From Antechinus flavipes (Eukaryota), in NCBI RefSeq assembly GCF_016432865.1, contig NC_067400.1:577096001-577160000 (forward strand): a stretch of 64,000 nt of DNA, read 5' to 3'. Numbering within the stretch: position 1 is the first letter of the stretch; every line of letters starts with the position of its first letter. The notes below the pieces were generated by a model. The model was not told the origin of the DNA, did not search any database, and was given only the letters and a program-made list of their open reading frames with translations. Below are positions 13,577 through 25,072 of the stretch, piece by piece. The translations under genes and the position numbers were made by a program.

Positions 13577-16500
13577 ATAACCTAATTTTTAATGTGGTTT
13601 TACTATTTGGCTTTCCTACTGGGAATGGATATTTCCTCCCTCTAAATGATTAAATAGTCTTTCTGACTCTCTTTATGGGAGCTGGGGCAGTGTAAATCAA
13701 AGCCTGATTGATGCTCCCTTTCCCACTTCCCCCACTAAGATGAGCACCAACAATTGTGATCTTCCCCATTGAGGTACAGAGAAGGTAAATTACCTAAAAG
13801 TCATTCCAAATCAGGTCCAATGCTTAAATGTCATGGAATCAAAAAAAAAAAAATCCCAGCATTTCAGCATTGGCTTAACAAATATTTATTAACTATCTAC
13901 TATGGGACCAGGCGCTGTTCTAGTAGCTGGGAATAAAAGAACAAAAAATGGAAAAAAATGAAATGCTTGCCTCAGAGACGAGTATACATCCAGGAGGAAA
14001 AGGTGATTAACAGTGTCAGACAGTGCAAGGAGGTCAAGAAGAAAAAGGATTGAAAGGATTGAATTTGGTCATTAGAAGAGCACTGCTAACCTTGGAGAGA
14101 GCAGATTCAACGGGATTATTAAACTAGAATCTAGAAGGCAAGGACTTGGAAAACAGTATTGGAGAGGAGAGAAAGTATCAGCATCAAGTGTAGCCCACTT
14201 TTTTTTCCTAGGAGTTTGGCCATGAAAGAAAGGACATAGAATAAGTAAAAGAAGGTATAGGATGATAGTTTGGGGTATTACTGGGTCAAGGGGAGGTTTT
14301 TTAAGGATACTGGAAGTGTTTAAGGAACTGGAAATGTTTGAAAGAAGTAGGGATGGAACTAATAGATAGTGGACATTGAAGATTAGGGAGAAGGGTGATG
14401 ATCATGGAAATAACTTCATCCCATAGAAGAGTTAGTATCCAGGATACAAGTACAGGGGGTGGTCATGGAGAGGAGAAAGGTCAGTTCTAACTAGAGAATA
14501 GAGTAAAAACGAAGAGAGGAGGAAAGAAGAGAGACCTCCCAAAATAGGGAAGTTGATGAGTGGAGTTGGAGAGGGGAACAAATTCTGTTTTGGTCATGTG
14601 GAATCCAAGGTGCTTATGGGGCCTCCAATTATAAAATATCAATAGGCAGTTAGTGATTAATAACTAGATCAAGAGAAAGATCATGACTGGTTTATTAGAC
14701 CTTTGTTGTTCACATATACAACCTGTATTGAATTGTTCGAACTCTTAGTGAGGAGGAGTGTAGAGGGAGAAAGGGAAAGAATCTGAAACTCAAAGTTTTA
14801 AAAATGGATGTTAAAAACTGATTTTACATATAACCAAGGAAAAATAAAATGTTAATCTTTTTAAAAGATCTTTGTTTTTCAGTCATGTTCAATTCTTTGT
14901 GACCCCTTTTGGGGTTTTCTTGACAAAGATCCCAGAGCGGCTTGCCAATTCCAGCTCTGGCTCAATTGACAGATGAGAAAACTGAGATAAACAGATTAAG
15001 TGACCTGCCCAAGATCACACAGCTAGTAAGTGTCTGAGGCCAGATTTGAACTTAGGAAGAAGAGACGTCTTCATCCCAAGTCTAGCATGCTGTGCATACA
15101 CCAAGCAGCTGCAAAGCTGACCACACCTGGCTTTTTAAATCTAGCAGTCATAAATATAGTGGTCATAGTTGAATATAATATTTGATATAATATAATATTT
15201 GATGAGATGAAAAAAAGGATATGGAGAGAGAAGTCCCTAGTTAGACCCTTTGGGATAGATCTATATTTATGAAATGTCACGAGGAGGATTATCTCGCAAA
15301 GGAGACCAAATAGTACTTAGACAAAGGGGAAGAAAATAACGAGAGAACAGCAGCAGCAAAATGCATGGAGGACAATATCCAGGAGGTGGGGGGTTAAAGA
15401 GACCTCAAGGTATCTTCCCTCTAAGGTTACTTTTTCTACTAGTGTGTATCTTGTGTGTTTAGTTGTTTGCACATTGATTCTCCATTAAACTGTGGGCTCC
15501 TTGAAGGCAGGAACTGTTTTTGCCTTCCTTTTTGTCCCCAGCTTTTAGTACCGTGTCATATATATGAGGCACTTAATAAATGCTTGTATCAAATGAGATA
15601 ATAATGTAAGGCACTAAGCCCAATGCCTGGTACACAGTAAGTGCCATATAAGTGTCAGCTGTTATTGTTGTTGTTGACTGGTTGACTAATGTCCCTCTCT
15701 GGACATGCTGCAATCACCAGAGGCAGTAGTGGTATCCAACAAAATAGGAGGCTGCGACCAGGACCTTGCCTGGTGACCTGAGAAAAAACATCACCAGGAG
15801 ATCCAGCTGGGCCCTTCTGCTTGAATGGCGGACCTCCGTGGTCAAGAGGAGTAGGGAACTGTGGCTCAGGTTTTGTGCTGGCCCCTTATCAGGCCTGTTG
15901 CCTGGAATGTGCAGTACCCTTAAGGTCACTGACTGCTCAGGTGCACTGAGAAGCAATCACTCCCGCTCCCTGTGGGAGAAGCTACAGCTTCTGTCGGCCC
16001 TGCCGCCCACCCTGATTGCTGAGGGGCCTCTGATGGTCTCTCGGGATCTTCCAAACTCATTGCATGGCCGGACCCATTTATATTGGAGGACCTGGCTGTC
16101 TCATATCAGGCCTCCAGAGCCGACAGCTGGATAAGTGAAGGTGATGTCGAGCAGTCGCCCTTGCCTGGACGCGACTCTTGGACCAGCTCAAAGACGGCCT
16201 GATTTGATTGGAGGGGACATTAGCAGATGCCAGGTTTTGTACGTATGCACATATGTGTGTCTGTGTGTGTGTGTGTATTCTGGCTCAGCAGTTCCTGGAG
16301 CATCCGTAGGCCATGAGAACATTCACAGTCCGGCATCCTCACTAACTCACTTGCCTGGAGATACGAGATTGGGACTAACTAAACTCTCGGAGCTCCTTCT
16401 AGGCAGAAGATCTTAGGTGTCTGTGCTGTTTGCCTGGGGATGCTTCATATGATTTCAACTCTGTTCATCTTGTTCGGTTCGATGCCCTCAGCTTCCTCCT

Positions 16501-17647
16501 CATGGATTGTCGAAGACCATCCAGTGGGGATATCAGATGTTGAGAGAAAATATGGCGGATTGGGAAGATACCTACTTCCCACTTTGTGTGGTACGGCTCC
16601 TTCCTCTGGTGGACTCTGCTATAAAAGGTATCCAGACACAGAAACTACTCAGTCAAGACTGAAGCTAGGGGTCTGAGTTGGAGTCTCGGCTCTGTCCCTT
16701 ATTTTCTTTAAGATTCTGAGAAAGACCCTTAACACTCCATGGGCCTCAGTTTCTCCAATGGTAAGTGAAGATACTAGACTAGATGAGGGTTACCTCTGAC
16801 TGCACGGGACTGCCAAAGAAGTCCATGACATTATGAACTCCAAGGTCCTCTATGTCCTTCACCTCTGACGTGCTACATTAGACCGTCGATGATCTTTTGT
16901 GTTTTAATGTCTCTTCCAGCTTTCATAGGCCGTTTTAAAAATATCATGTCCTCTGGCCATGTTCTAAGATAGACTCCTTAACCAAGTCATATAAGAGTTA
17001 GTACTTGTTCAAGCTTACAAAGCACTCTAGAAATATTTATCCTTCACACCAACTCTGTAAGAACAAAGTTATTGTTATTGTCATTTCCCAGATGGGGAAA
17101 TTGAGGGTGTGAAGTTAAGTTCCTTGCCCAGGGTCACATAGTTAGAAAGGCCTGAGCAGTAATTTGAACTGAGTCTAACCTGATTTCAAGGTTTAGAGTA
17201 TTAAACACAGTGCTACCTAGATGCCCTATGGACAGAGCAAATAATCTCAGGACATTGAAAAAGGGAACTGGTTCCAAGACAGGCTGTGCTTGGGTGAATG
17301 ACCAAAGACAGAAGATGGAACACTTACATTTTTTAATAAAAGGTCCTGCCTCTGGCTGTGAATGATCCAAGAGGCAGGTGACTGGGCTGGGCTGAAAGGG
17401 CACTCCTGTCTAGACAGAGCGCTGCCATTTTGAGAGAAAGTATGGCCAACGGATAGAGAGAGGCCTGGAATCACATGGTTAATAACAAGAACTCAAGGTC
17501 TGACCCTAACTTCAGGCAAGAGGAGAACCTTTTATCGGCTCAGCTGACTGGGAGTTTCCTCTAGAATTTCCTGGGGCCCCAGCTTCAGGCTACAGTAAGA
17601 GAAGAGATGATTCAGGGAACTATGCCAATACAGTTGGGAGGGCTCTT

Positions 17648-18420
17648 AGAACACAGAAATTAAAGTTGGGAGGGTCCTAGAACCTAGGAGATCAGAGCTG
17701 GGAGGGCCCTTAGAACCTAGGAGATCAGAGCTGGGAGGGCCCTTAGAACCTAGGAGATCAGAGCTGGGAGGACCCTTAGAACCCAGGAGGTCAGAGGTGG
17801 AGGGCCCTTAGAACCCAGGTGGTCAGAGCTGGGAGGGCCCTTAGAACCCAGGATGTCAGAGCTGGGAGGGCCCTTAGAACATGGGATATCAGAGCTGGGA
17901 GGGCCTTAGAACCCAAAAGGTCAGAACTGGGAGTGTCCTTAGAACCCAGAAGGTCAGAGCTGGGAGGCCCTTAGAACCCAGGAGGTCAGAGGTGGAGGGC
18001 CCTTAGAACCCAGGTGGTCAGAGCTGGGAGGGCCCTTAGAACCCAGGATGTCAGAGCTGGGAGGGCCCTTAGAACATGGGATATCAGAGCTGGGAGGGCC
18101 TTAGAACCCAAAAGGTCAGAACTGGGAGTGTCCTTAGAACCCAGAAGGTCAGAGCTGGGAGGGCCCTTAGAACATGGGATATCAGAGCTGGGAGGGCCTT
18201 AGAACCCAGGAGGTCAGAGCTGGGAGGGCCCTTAGAACCCAGGAGGTCAGAGCTGGGAGGGCCTTACAACCCAGGAGGTCAGAGCTGGGAGGGCCCTTAG
18301 AACACAGGATGTCAGAGCTGGGAGGGCCCTTAGAACCCAGGATGTCAGAGCTGGGAGAGCCCTTAGAACCTAGGAGGTCAGAGCTGGGAGGGCCCTTAGA
18401 ACACAGGAGATCAGAGCTGG
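17648..18420 (+). repeat. 33-bp minisatellite, about 23 units
   Basis: Consensus AGAACCCAGGAGGTCAGAGCTGGGAGGGCCCTT; units of 32-33 bp; a six-unit block is duplicated (17778-17972 and 17973-18168). Confidence 0.97.
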
Positions 18421-18619
18421 CGCACCTTTACTAAGTTGGCAAACCTGCAAAGACCTTAGAAATCTTTTGTCTAATCTCATTTTATAAAGTTTCTACCTAT
18501 GTAACAGAGATCCCATGAGCCAGGTGGCCTATTATTATCCCCATTTGTTTGATAAGGAAACTGAGGTCCAGGGGCCTCTAGGTTTTCTGTGTCCCAGCAG
18601 TCAGGGCCTCAGAAGCCTC

Positions 18620-19090
18620 CGGTGCAGGGCCCCAAGGTTAAACAAACAGCTGCTGATAAGGTGACTTCCAGGTTGTGCCGTCCAAGGTTGGTCTGGCTTT
18701 CGGGCTGTTTTCCCTTTGGGCGGGCCCCGATGCCGACAAGGACTGTGTGTGTGTATCCTGACACCTGCCATGTCCCCGATGCTGACTCTACACCTGGGTC
18801 CTTGGCGACCTGGTACCGGGCTGGGTTAATGGCCCTGTTTATCATGCCTGAGTCATCCCGATAAAGCAGGCTGCCCGCTGACCCCAGCCGGCCCTTTCAT
18901 TGACTAAAAGCCCTATCAGGGCCACGTGGAGCCCCGGCCCGCCCTCCCCCTCCCTGCCTGCCACTTCCCCAGCCAACCGTGCCAGGGTCATCTTGTTTTT
19001 CAATGAATAGGACTTCCCTGATGGAGTCAAGGTTGGGGGGGGGCTGGTTCCCCTCCCGCCCCAGCAATTATAAATAGAATCAGCAGCGCA
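18620..19090 (+). promoter_or_regulatory. NR0B2: NR0B2 (SHP) proximal promoter
   Basis: NR5A2/LRH-1-type CAAGGTT sites at 18632, 18682 and 19027; FOX site 18639-18648; IR1 GGGTTA-A-TGGCCC 18823-18835 followed by TGTTTAT, AP-1 TGAGTCA 18849-18855 and GATAA 18860; E-box CACGTG 18923-18928; TATAAATA 19069-19076. Confidence 0.85.
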
Positions 19091-19197
19091 GGCTGGGGAT
19101 GGTGTGTGGAGAGGGCAGAGCAGCTGAGCAGGGCCTCGTAGGAGCAGGCCGCAGACACCTTCTCCTGCCCCGTCCGGCCCTCGCTGACCACCCAACC

Positions 19198-19717
19198 ATG
19201 AGCTTGACCGGGCCGACCACGGGCTCTGGAGCTTGCGAGTGCCAAGGGGGAGACAGCCAGCATGCCATTCTGTATTCGTTGCTGAGCCGGTCCCGGGGCC
19301 CCTCGCCTCACACCCACTGTCTCTGTGCCCGGCACCGCACAGTCTGCCTCCGGGCCCCCCAACAAACCTGCGTGGCAGCAGCGGGGGTGCTGGCTAAGAC
19401 AGTCGCCTTCCTGCAGTACCTGCCCTCGTTTGCCTTGCTGCCTCCAGGGGACCAGAGGCTGCTGCTGGTCAACTCCTGGGCCCCTCTCTTCCTCCTAGGG
19501 CTGGCCCAGGATGCAGTGACCATCGAGGTGACTGAGATGCCAGCCCCCAGTATGCTCAAGAAGATTCTGCTGGAGGAGAGGAGTCCAGAACCCCAGACTC
19601 CCCAGGCCACCCTTGCAGGGGTCTATCGGCTCCAGTGCTGCCTCCATACCTTTTGGAGTCTGGACCTGAGCCCCAAGGAATACGCCTACCTAAAGGGAGC
19701 CATCCTCTTTAACCCTG
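19198..19717 (+). CDS. NR0B2: Small heterodimer partner, coding exon 1
   Basis: MSLTGP...AILYSLLS...VLAKTVAFL...LFLLGLAQD...MLKKILLEE...[17 protein letters not shown], an atypical nuclear receptor LBD with LxxLL-like boxes; donor G|gtgagt, phase 1. Confidence 0.97.
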
Positions 19718-20683
19718 GTGAGTGCAAGCTCTCCCCTGTGTCACCCCCACCTCCCTTTCAGGTAATCACCTTGATACCTTACCCAGGGTCCAAATGTTCC
19801 CTGATCTTCACATAGGCAGTTTCTGTGGGGAATCTGGAGGCAGAAACCCTAAATATAAGAAGAATAAGGGCTCAAAACCACCAGGACACCCTCCACATAC
19901 ACACCTCCTTAGGAAAGGAAGAACCTTTGGGGAGAGGGAAGAAGTGTCACCGTGCATATGGTGATGGAGAGATCTGGAGCCACCGGGAAATGTCAGACAA
20001 GATGATCAGCTCCTCAGCCCCAGACCTCTTCTTAGCAAAGTCCTAGCCTGGCTGTGAGAGTGATGGAGACAATGTAGTGAGGAGAGGACTGGATCTGGAG
20101 TCAGAGGACCTGGGTTCAAATGCTACCTCTGTGATTAACTCACTGTATGGCAAACATTCTGGGCCACGATCTCATCTATGGAATGAAAAGCTCTGATTTG
20201 TTTAGCATTTTCAGTCGTACCAACTCTTGGGACCCCACTGGGAGTTCTCTTGGCAAAGATACTGGGGGGAATAGTTGGCCATTTCCTTCTCCAGCTCATT
20301 TTACAAAGGAAGAAACAGGTAAACAGAGTGGAGTGATTTGCCCAGGCTCATACCAGGCAACATCTGAACTCAGGCCTTCCTCACTCTAGGTCCAATGCTC
20401 CATCCCCTGCACCACCTAGCTGCCCTCAGGTTTGACTTGATATCCTCTAAGCACCCTTCCAGAACTAAATCCTATGTCCAATGAGAGACGATGCAAACAT
20501 TTATGGAGCCTTGGTCTTAATAATAGAGAGAAAAGAGCTATGTGGAAAAAGTCATAAAACAACAGGCAAGTTCCAGTTACAATAAAAGAATTTTGTATAT
20601 AAAGTGCTGGACAGAGCAGAGGATGTTAGGATGATCACAAGTCTTCCTGGAAGGGGATCTCTGGAACAATGTTAAGGCACTGA

Positions 20684-20790
20684 AGAGAGCCTTAGAACAC
20701 AGGATGCTAGAACTGGGAGGGCCCTTAGAACATGGGATGTCAGAGTTGGGAAGGATTTTAGAACACAGGATGTTAGAGATGGGGGGGCAT
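20684..20790 (+). repeat. Three degenerate units of the same 33-bp repeat in the NR0B2 intron
   Basis: ccttagaacacaggatgctagaactgggagggcccttagaacatgggatgtcagagttggga... Confidence 0.75.
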
Positions 20791-21014
20791 ACGAGATCAT
20801 CACTGAGCACAAGCCTCCTGCTTCCCGAGATGGAAGAGCAGAATCCCAGAGGCTGGGGAGAGCCGACTTTTCCGAGATTACCCAGAAAGCCTGTGGTGTA
20901 GGCAGGTTTGGGCAGCCAGACCTCCAGACTCCTGATCCAGTGATTCACCATCACTTGCTGCCTTTCAGAAAGATGCAATGGTCTATAAGTGGCTCTCCTT
21001 TCTCTTTCTTGCAG

Positions 21015-21256
21015 ACACCCCCGGCCTCCAATCTGCATCTCACGTCGAGAGCTTGCATCGGGAGGCAAAGCAGGTCCTTCAGGAGGCTTTGGCGCTCCAT
21101 CACCCAGTGGACCAGGGCTGCTTTGCCCGCATCCTCCTTGTGGCCTCCACCCTTAAGTCCATCCCTCCTGCCCTGCTCAGCTCCCTTTTTTTCCATCCAA
21201 TGTTTGGGGATGCGGACATCACCAGACTCATTTTGGACATGCTACTCTTGACTTAG
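21015..21256 (+). CDS. NR0B2: Small heterodimer partner, coding exon 2
   Basis: Acceptor tctctttcttgcag|; (D)TPGLQ...ASTLKSIP...LFFHP..GDADI..LILDMLLLT*; spliced total 762 nt = 253 aa. Confidence 0.97.
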
Positions 21257-21854
21257 CCCGGGGATGGTGCTCCTTCCTGCTACTAAATGCATTCAAGACC
21301 CAAGCTCAAGACAATGCAGACTCCATTAGGCTTGTCAGAGAGCTTGATCTGAGACTGTTCCCCTCTGAATAGGCAGGGACTCACCATTGCCCGGTGAGCC
21401 CTTATTCACATCTGGGCTCTGTAGCCCTCCTTGATAGGTGCTGAAGCCAGCTGAGCAGGGCTGGGGGAAGAGATGCTTACCTGCTCATCTCTGACTCTGG
21501 GCTCTCATAGACTCCCAGCTGGAAGGGATCCCAGAGGACATCTAGTCTAGGTTAGGAATAGGAATTCCACTGCATCACATGACTCAAGATCTTCAAAACT
21601 TGTACAGATGGAGGGGTACATATCTGCCAATCTACTGGTTTTGAAGGAAAACAAGAGGGAGGGAGTGGTCTAGATTTTATCCAATTTATCAAAAAAATTT
21701 ATTAAGTACCTACTATGTGCCAGACACTGCATTAGGTACTGAAAATATAAAAAGGAAACCTTTGTCCCCCACTGGGAACACCGATGTGTGGAGAGCATTT
21801 CACATCTTAGACATTCCTCTCTCCTTTCCTTTCTACATCATCTTCCCATGCTAT

Positions 21855-22095
21855 AATTTACAGATTTTTAACCTTTTTGTGTGTCATGGACGATTTGACA
21901 ATGAAGCATAGCCAATGGACCCTTTCTCAGAATAAAGACTTTTTAAAAAAATTTCACAATTGGAAGAAATACTAACTTTCAGTTAGAGGTTAGTGAATAT
22001 AAAGATGTAATTTTTTTTCTCTTCTAAAATCATCAGCCTCCAAAAATCTATTCCCCAGCAAGGAATCTATGGAGTTCAAGTTAAAGATCTCTGCT
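21855..22095. mobile_element. hAT/Charlie-like non-autonomous element
   Basis: Internal sequence (tttgtgtgtcatggac..atggaccctttctcagaataa) resembles the copy at about 37340-37540; ends degenerate. Confidence 0.5.
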
Positions 22096-24145
22096 CTAAA
22101 TCTCTCCTAGGATTGACTGGGAGACATGGGCAAGTCGGTGTAATATTTTCCAAAAATGGACAAAATTAAGAGAAAAATGTCCAAAAAGGGACAGAAATTC
22201 AAAACAACTCACTTTTACGATGAGTCCTCCCATTCCCAATGATGACCCTGGCGTAGACTGTTGGGGGGGGTCTCTGGCTCCCCACTGAGGGGAGGATTTT
22301 TTACTTTCTTTGAACCATCCCCCAGCTTTCCCCTCCAGACACCAAAGACAAAGGAAGCATCTTTCCATTTTGAGCTTGGAAAGTGGTCAAAGTGTTCCTT
22401 CCCAACATGATGACTGTGAATCTGGGCTGTTCATAAGCCAAGGCATCCTGAACTTGTACAGAATTAATTTAAGTTATTGGTTTTTATAATAAAAGATTTC
22501 ATATCCTTGAAACTCAAGCCTGATGTTTCTATAGGGAGGGGGGGAAGAGGGGAGATAGTATATTGTCTCTGCACCCTGCCCTGACACCATTAGAGCAAAT
22601 TTATAAGTTCCCAAACATTGGCCCACAGAGAGTTTAGATTATTTTGGTTTAGGGATTTGGAATCATATTAAGACAGGCAAATGATATGGGGGTTATATGA
22701 AGAGTCTCAGAGTTAGGAAGCCCTGTTCAAATCTTGCCTCCAACAAAAAAACTGGCTGCAGAGATTTAAATCACTTAAGACTCTAAATTCCTGAGGACCT
22801 GCAGCCCTCATCAGTGGCATGAATTTAAGCCCAGGGAATTGCAATATTGATATTAACGAATTATGAAATAGTAATGAAAATTAATGAAATCAAATCAGTA
22901 TCCCCAAAAAGTCATAGTCAGGACTTCTGTACAAAGGCTGTTCAGACATGTCTGCTTTAGAAGGGATCTTACCTAAAACACAGAATGTCAAAGCTGAGAA
23001 GGACCTTTGAACACAGATTCTGGGAGCTGGGAGGATCCTGAGAGATGATAGAATGTAGCGCTCTGATTTTCAGATGAGAAGGAGACTAACTTGCTTAAGG
23101 TCACCTAGCTCAATAGTGGTGGGGCCGGGACACAGTCCTCTGTCTCCTGACTTCCAATTTTTAAAAAATACTTTTCCACACTTAGCATGATTAATTCTGG
23201 CATTCTGGGGAATGGGGGGTGGGGGTGGGCAAGGGCAGTATTCTGACCAGAGCCAACAGTTCAGACTTGTGATTTAGGATGAGAAATGTGTCTGTGTCTC
23301 TTTCTCTGCAATTCGTTATATTTGTATTTTGTGTGCTTGTGCATCCGTGTCTGGCCATCAGCATGGCCATGAATGTGTGTTTCTATGTGTTGGTCTGTGC
23401 CCGGAGAACCAGAGATGGTTTGGGGAGTGGTCTCTGCCAAAGCAGCCCATAGGGCAGTTGGTGGCCCAGATCTGTACGTGGAGCCTATCGTGGCCCCTAG
23501 GGGTGGGGGAAGGACAGTTTCCCAAGGGAAACAGCCCAAGGACTATGTGAATGACCTCACAGTGAATAACCTTTCCCAAGAGAATGATTAACAAAGCCCT
23601 GATTGAGAGGACCCTAAATCTTCCGGGCAGTGTATGGATCAGAGCATTGCCCTGCCCTGGGTGTATGTATGAAGGGAGAAGAGAGATACTGAGATGGAAG
23701 AAGCAGGCTACCTGGGGAGGAGCATGTGGTGGGGTCATGTAGCAGGTAAGGGAGGAGGCGCTCACATGCAAAATCAGGAGATAGGATGTTCAGAGGTCTA
23801 GGACAGGATCCTCTGGCCCACCTCCTGCCCCTTCCTGGGAAAGGAATAACAGAGCAGGCTATTCTCTAGGTCATCCTCCTGGCTTTTGACGGGTATCCCC
23901 CATAAGCAGGATAAAGTCCATTCTTCATGACCAGTGATGGAGGAGGGGGAAAGCAGATAATTGAAGATAATTATCATGCATGAATAATTTTTAAAATGTA
24001 GATTTAAAACTACATTCCACATCTGTTTAGTTTATAAACCATTATGTATGTCTGTGTGTATATGGGGGGAGGGATGTGGCAAGGAAGCAGGGACAACTGA
24101 TAATTTCCTGACTCTGCTAAAAACCATGAATATGAATATATTTCC

Positions 24146-24291
24146 TTTTTTTTTTTTCCTGAGATAATTGGGGTAAGTGACTTGTCCAGGGTCACACAGC
24201 CAGGAAGTGTTAAGTGTCTGAGACCAGATTTGAACTCAGGTCCTTCTGATTTCAGGGCTGGTGCTCTATCCACTGTGCCACTTAGCTGCCT
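24146..24291 (-). mobile_element. Young CORE-SINE (WSINE1-like) with TSD
   Basis: T-tail, CORE sequence and ...ctagctgcc end; 19-bp TSD TGAATATGAATATATTTCC (24127-24145 and 24292-24310). Confidence 0.9.
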
Positions 24292-25072
24292 TGAATATGA
24301 ATATATTTCCAAAGCAACTGCTGGACAGAAAGACGGATGGAAAAGCCGAGAGAACTAGCTATATTGGTTATAGGTCATATTGGCCACCAGAAGAATGCCC
24401 TTCCTTTGCCCCCTCACTTTCCAAGGACAGCTTCTTGTGGAGTGAGAACAGTGTCAACCAGACCTCCTCTCTAGACCCAGGCCAAGGAGGGTTGTCTCAT
24501 CTCCCTTGACTATCCTGGACTTCCCCTTCTATCCCTGGGTCCTTTGTCCGGGTCTCAGGCTTTTCATTCCCAATTTTGAAGTGGGTTAATAGAAGTGAAT
24601 CATGAGACCTGGTGGAAAGCCTGGGGCTGTAGAAGATCTGGGTGTCTTTTACAAAAAATAGTAATACTAGTTAAATCCATGAAAGCTGATGAGTTTACCA
24701 ATTTTAGGCTACATTGAGAGAGGCCGAGGGAAGGGGGAGGAAAAAGTGCTTTCTATGTGAAAGGCATTGGGCCAAGTATTTTGCAAATATCATTTCATCT
24801 GATCTTCACAATATCCCTCAGAGGAAGATCTTTATATTTTAGGAAATTGCATCAATTGCCCAGGGTCATATTAGTAAGTGTCCAAAGCTAAACCTGCACT
24901 CCCAGTCTTGCTGATTCCAGGCCTGATGCTGTATCCAATATGTCACCTACCTTCATGTATAGCATCCAAGATTAAGGACCCATTACATTCTGTTTGATCA
25001 GATGTCAGTCATTTAGACCATGGCTTCTTAAACTTTTTCAATTTGTGACCTCTTTTTGTCCAAGAAATTTTT

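Noticed and set aside
15766-16676. Chain of ORFs (122, 93 and 78 aa) as a protein-coding gene
   Set aside because: No ATG-initiated coherent frame, no recognisable domain and no consistent splice structure; kept only as a candidate regulatory island.
17648-18434. ORFs in the minisatellite (PLEPRRSELGG repeats) and CRISPR-like appearance
   Set aside because: A 33-nt unit trivially keeps frames open; there are no unique spacers or cas genes, and the DNA is eukaryotic.
21931-21936. AATAAA as the NR0B2 poly(A) signal
   Set aside because: It lies inside a MITE-like repeat, and another AATAAA occurs at about 22488; cannot choose without transcript data.
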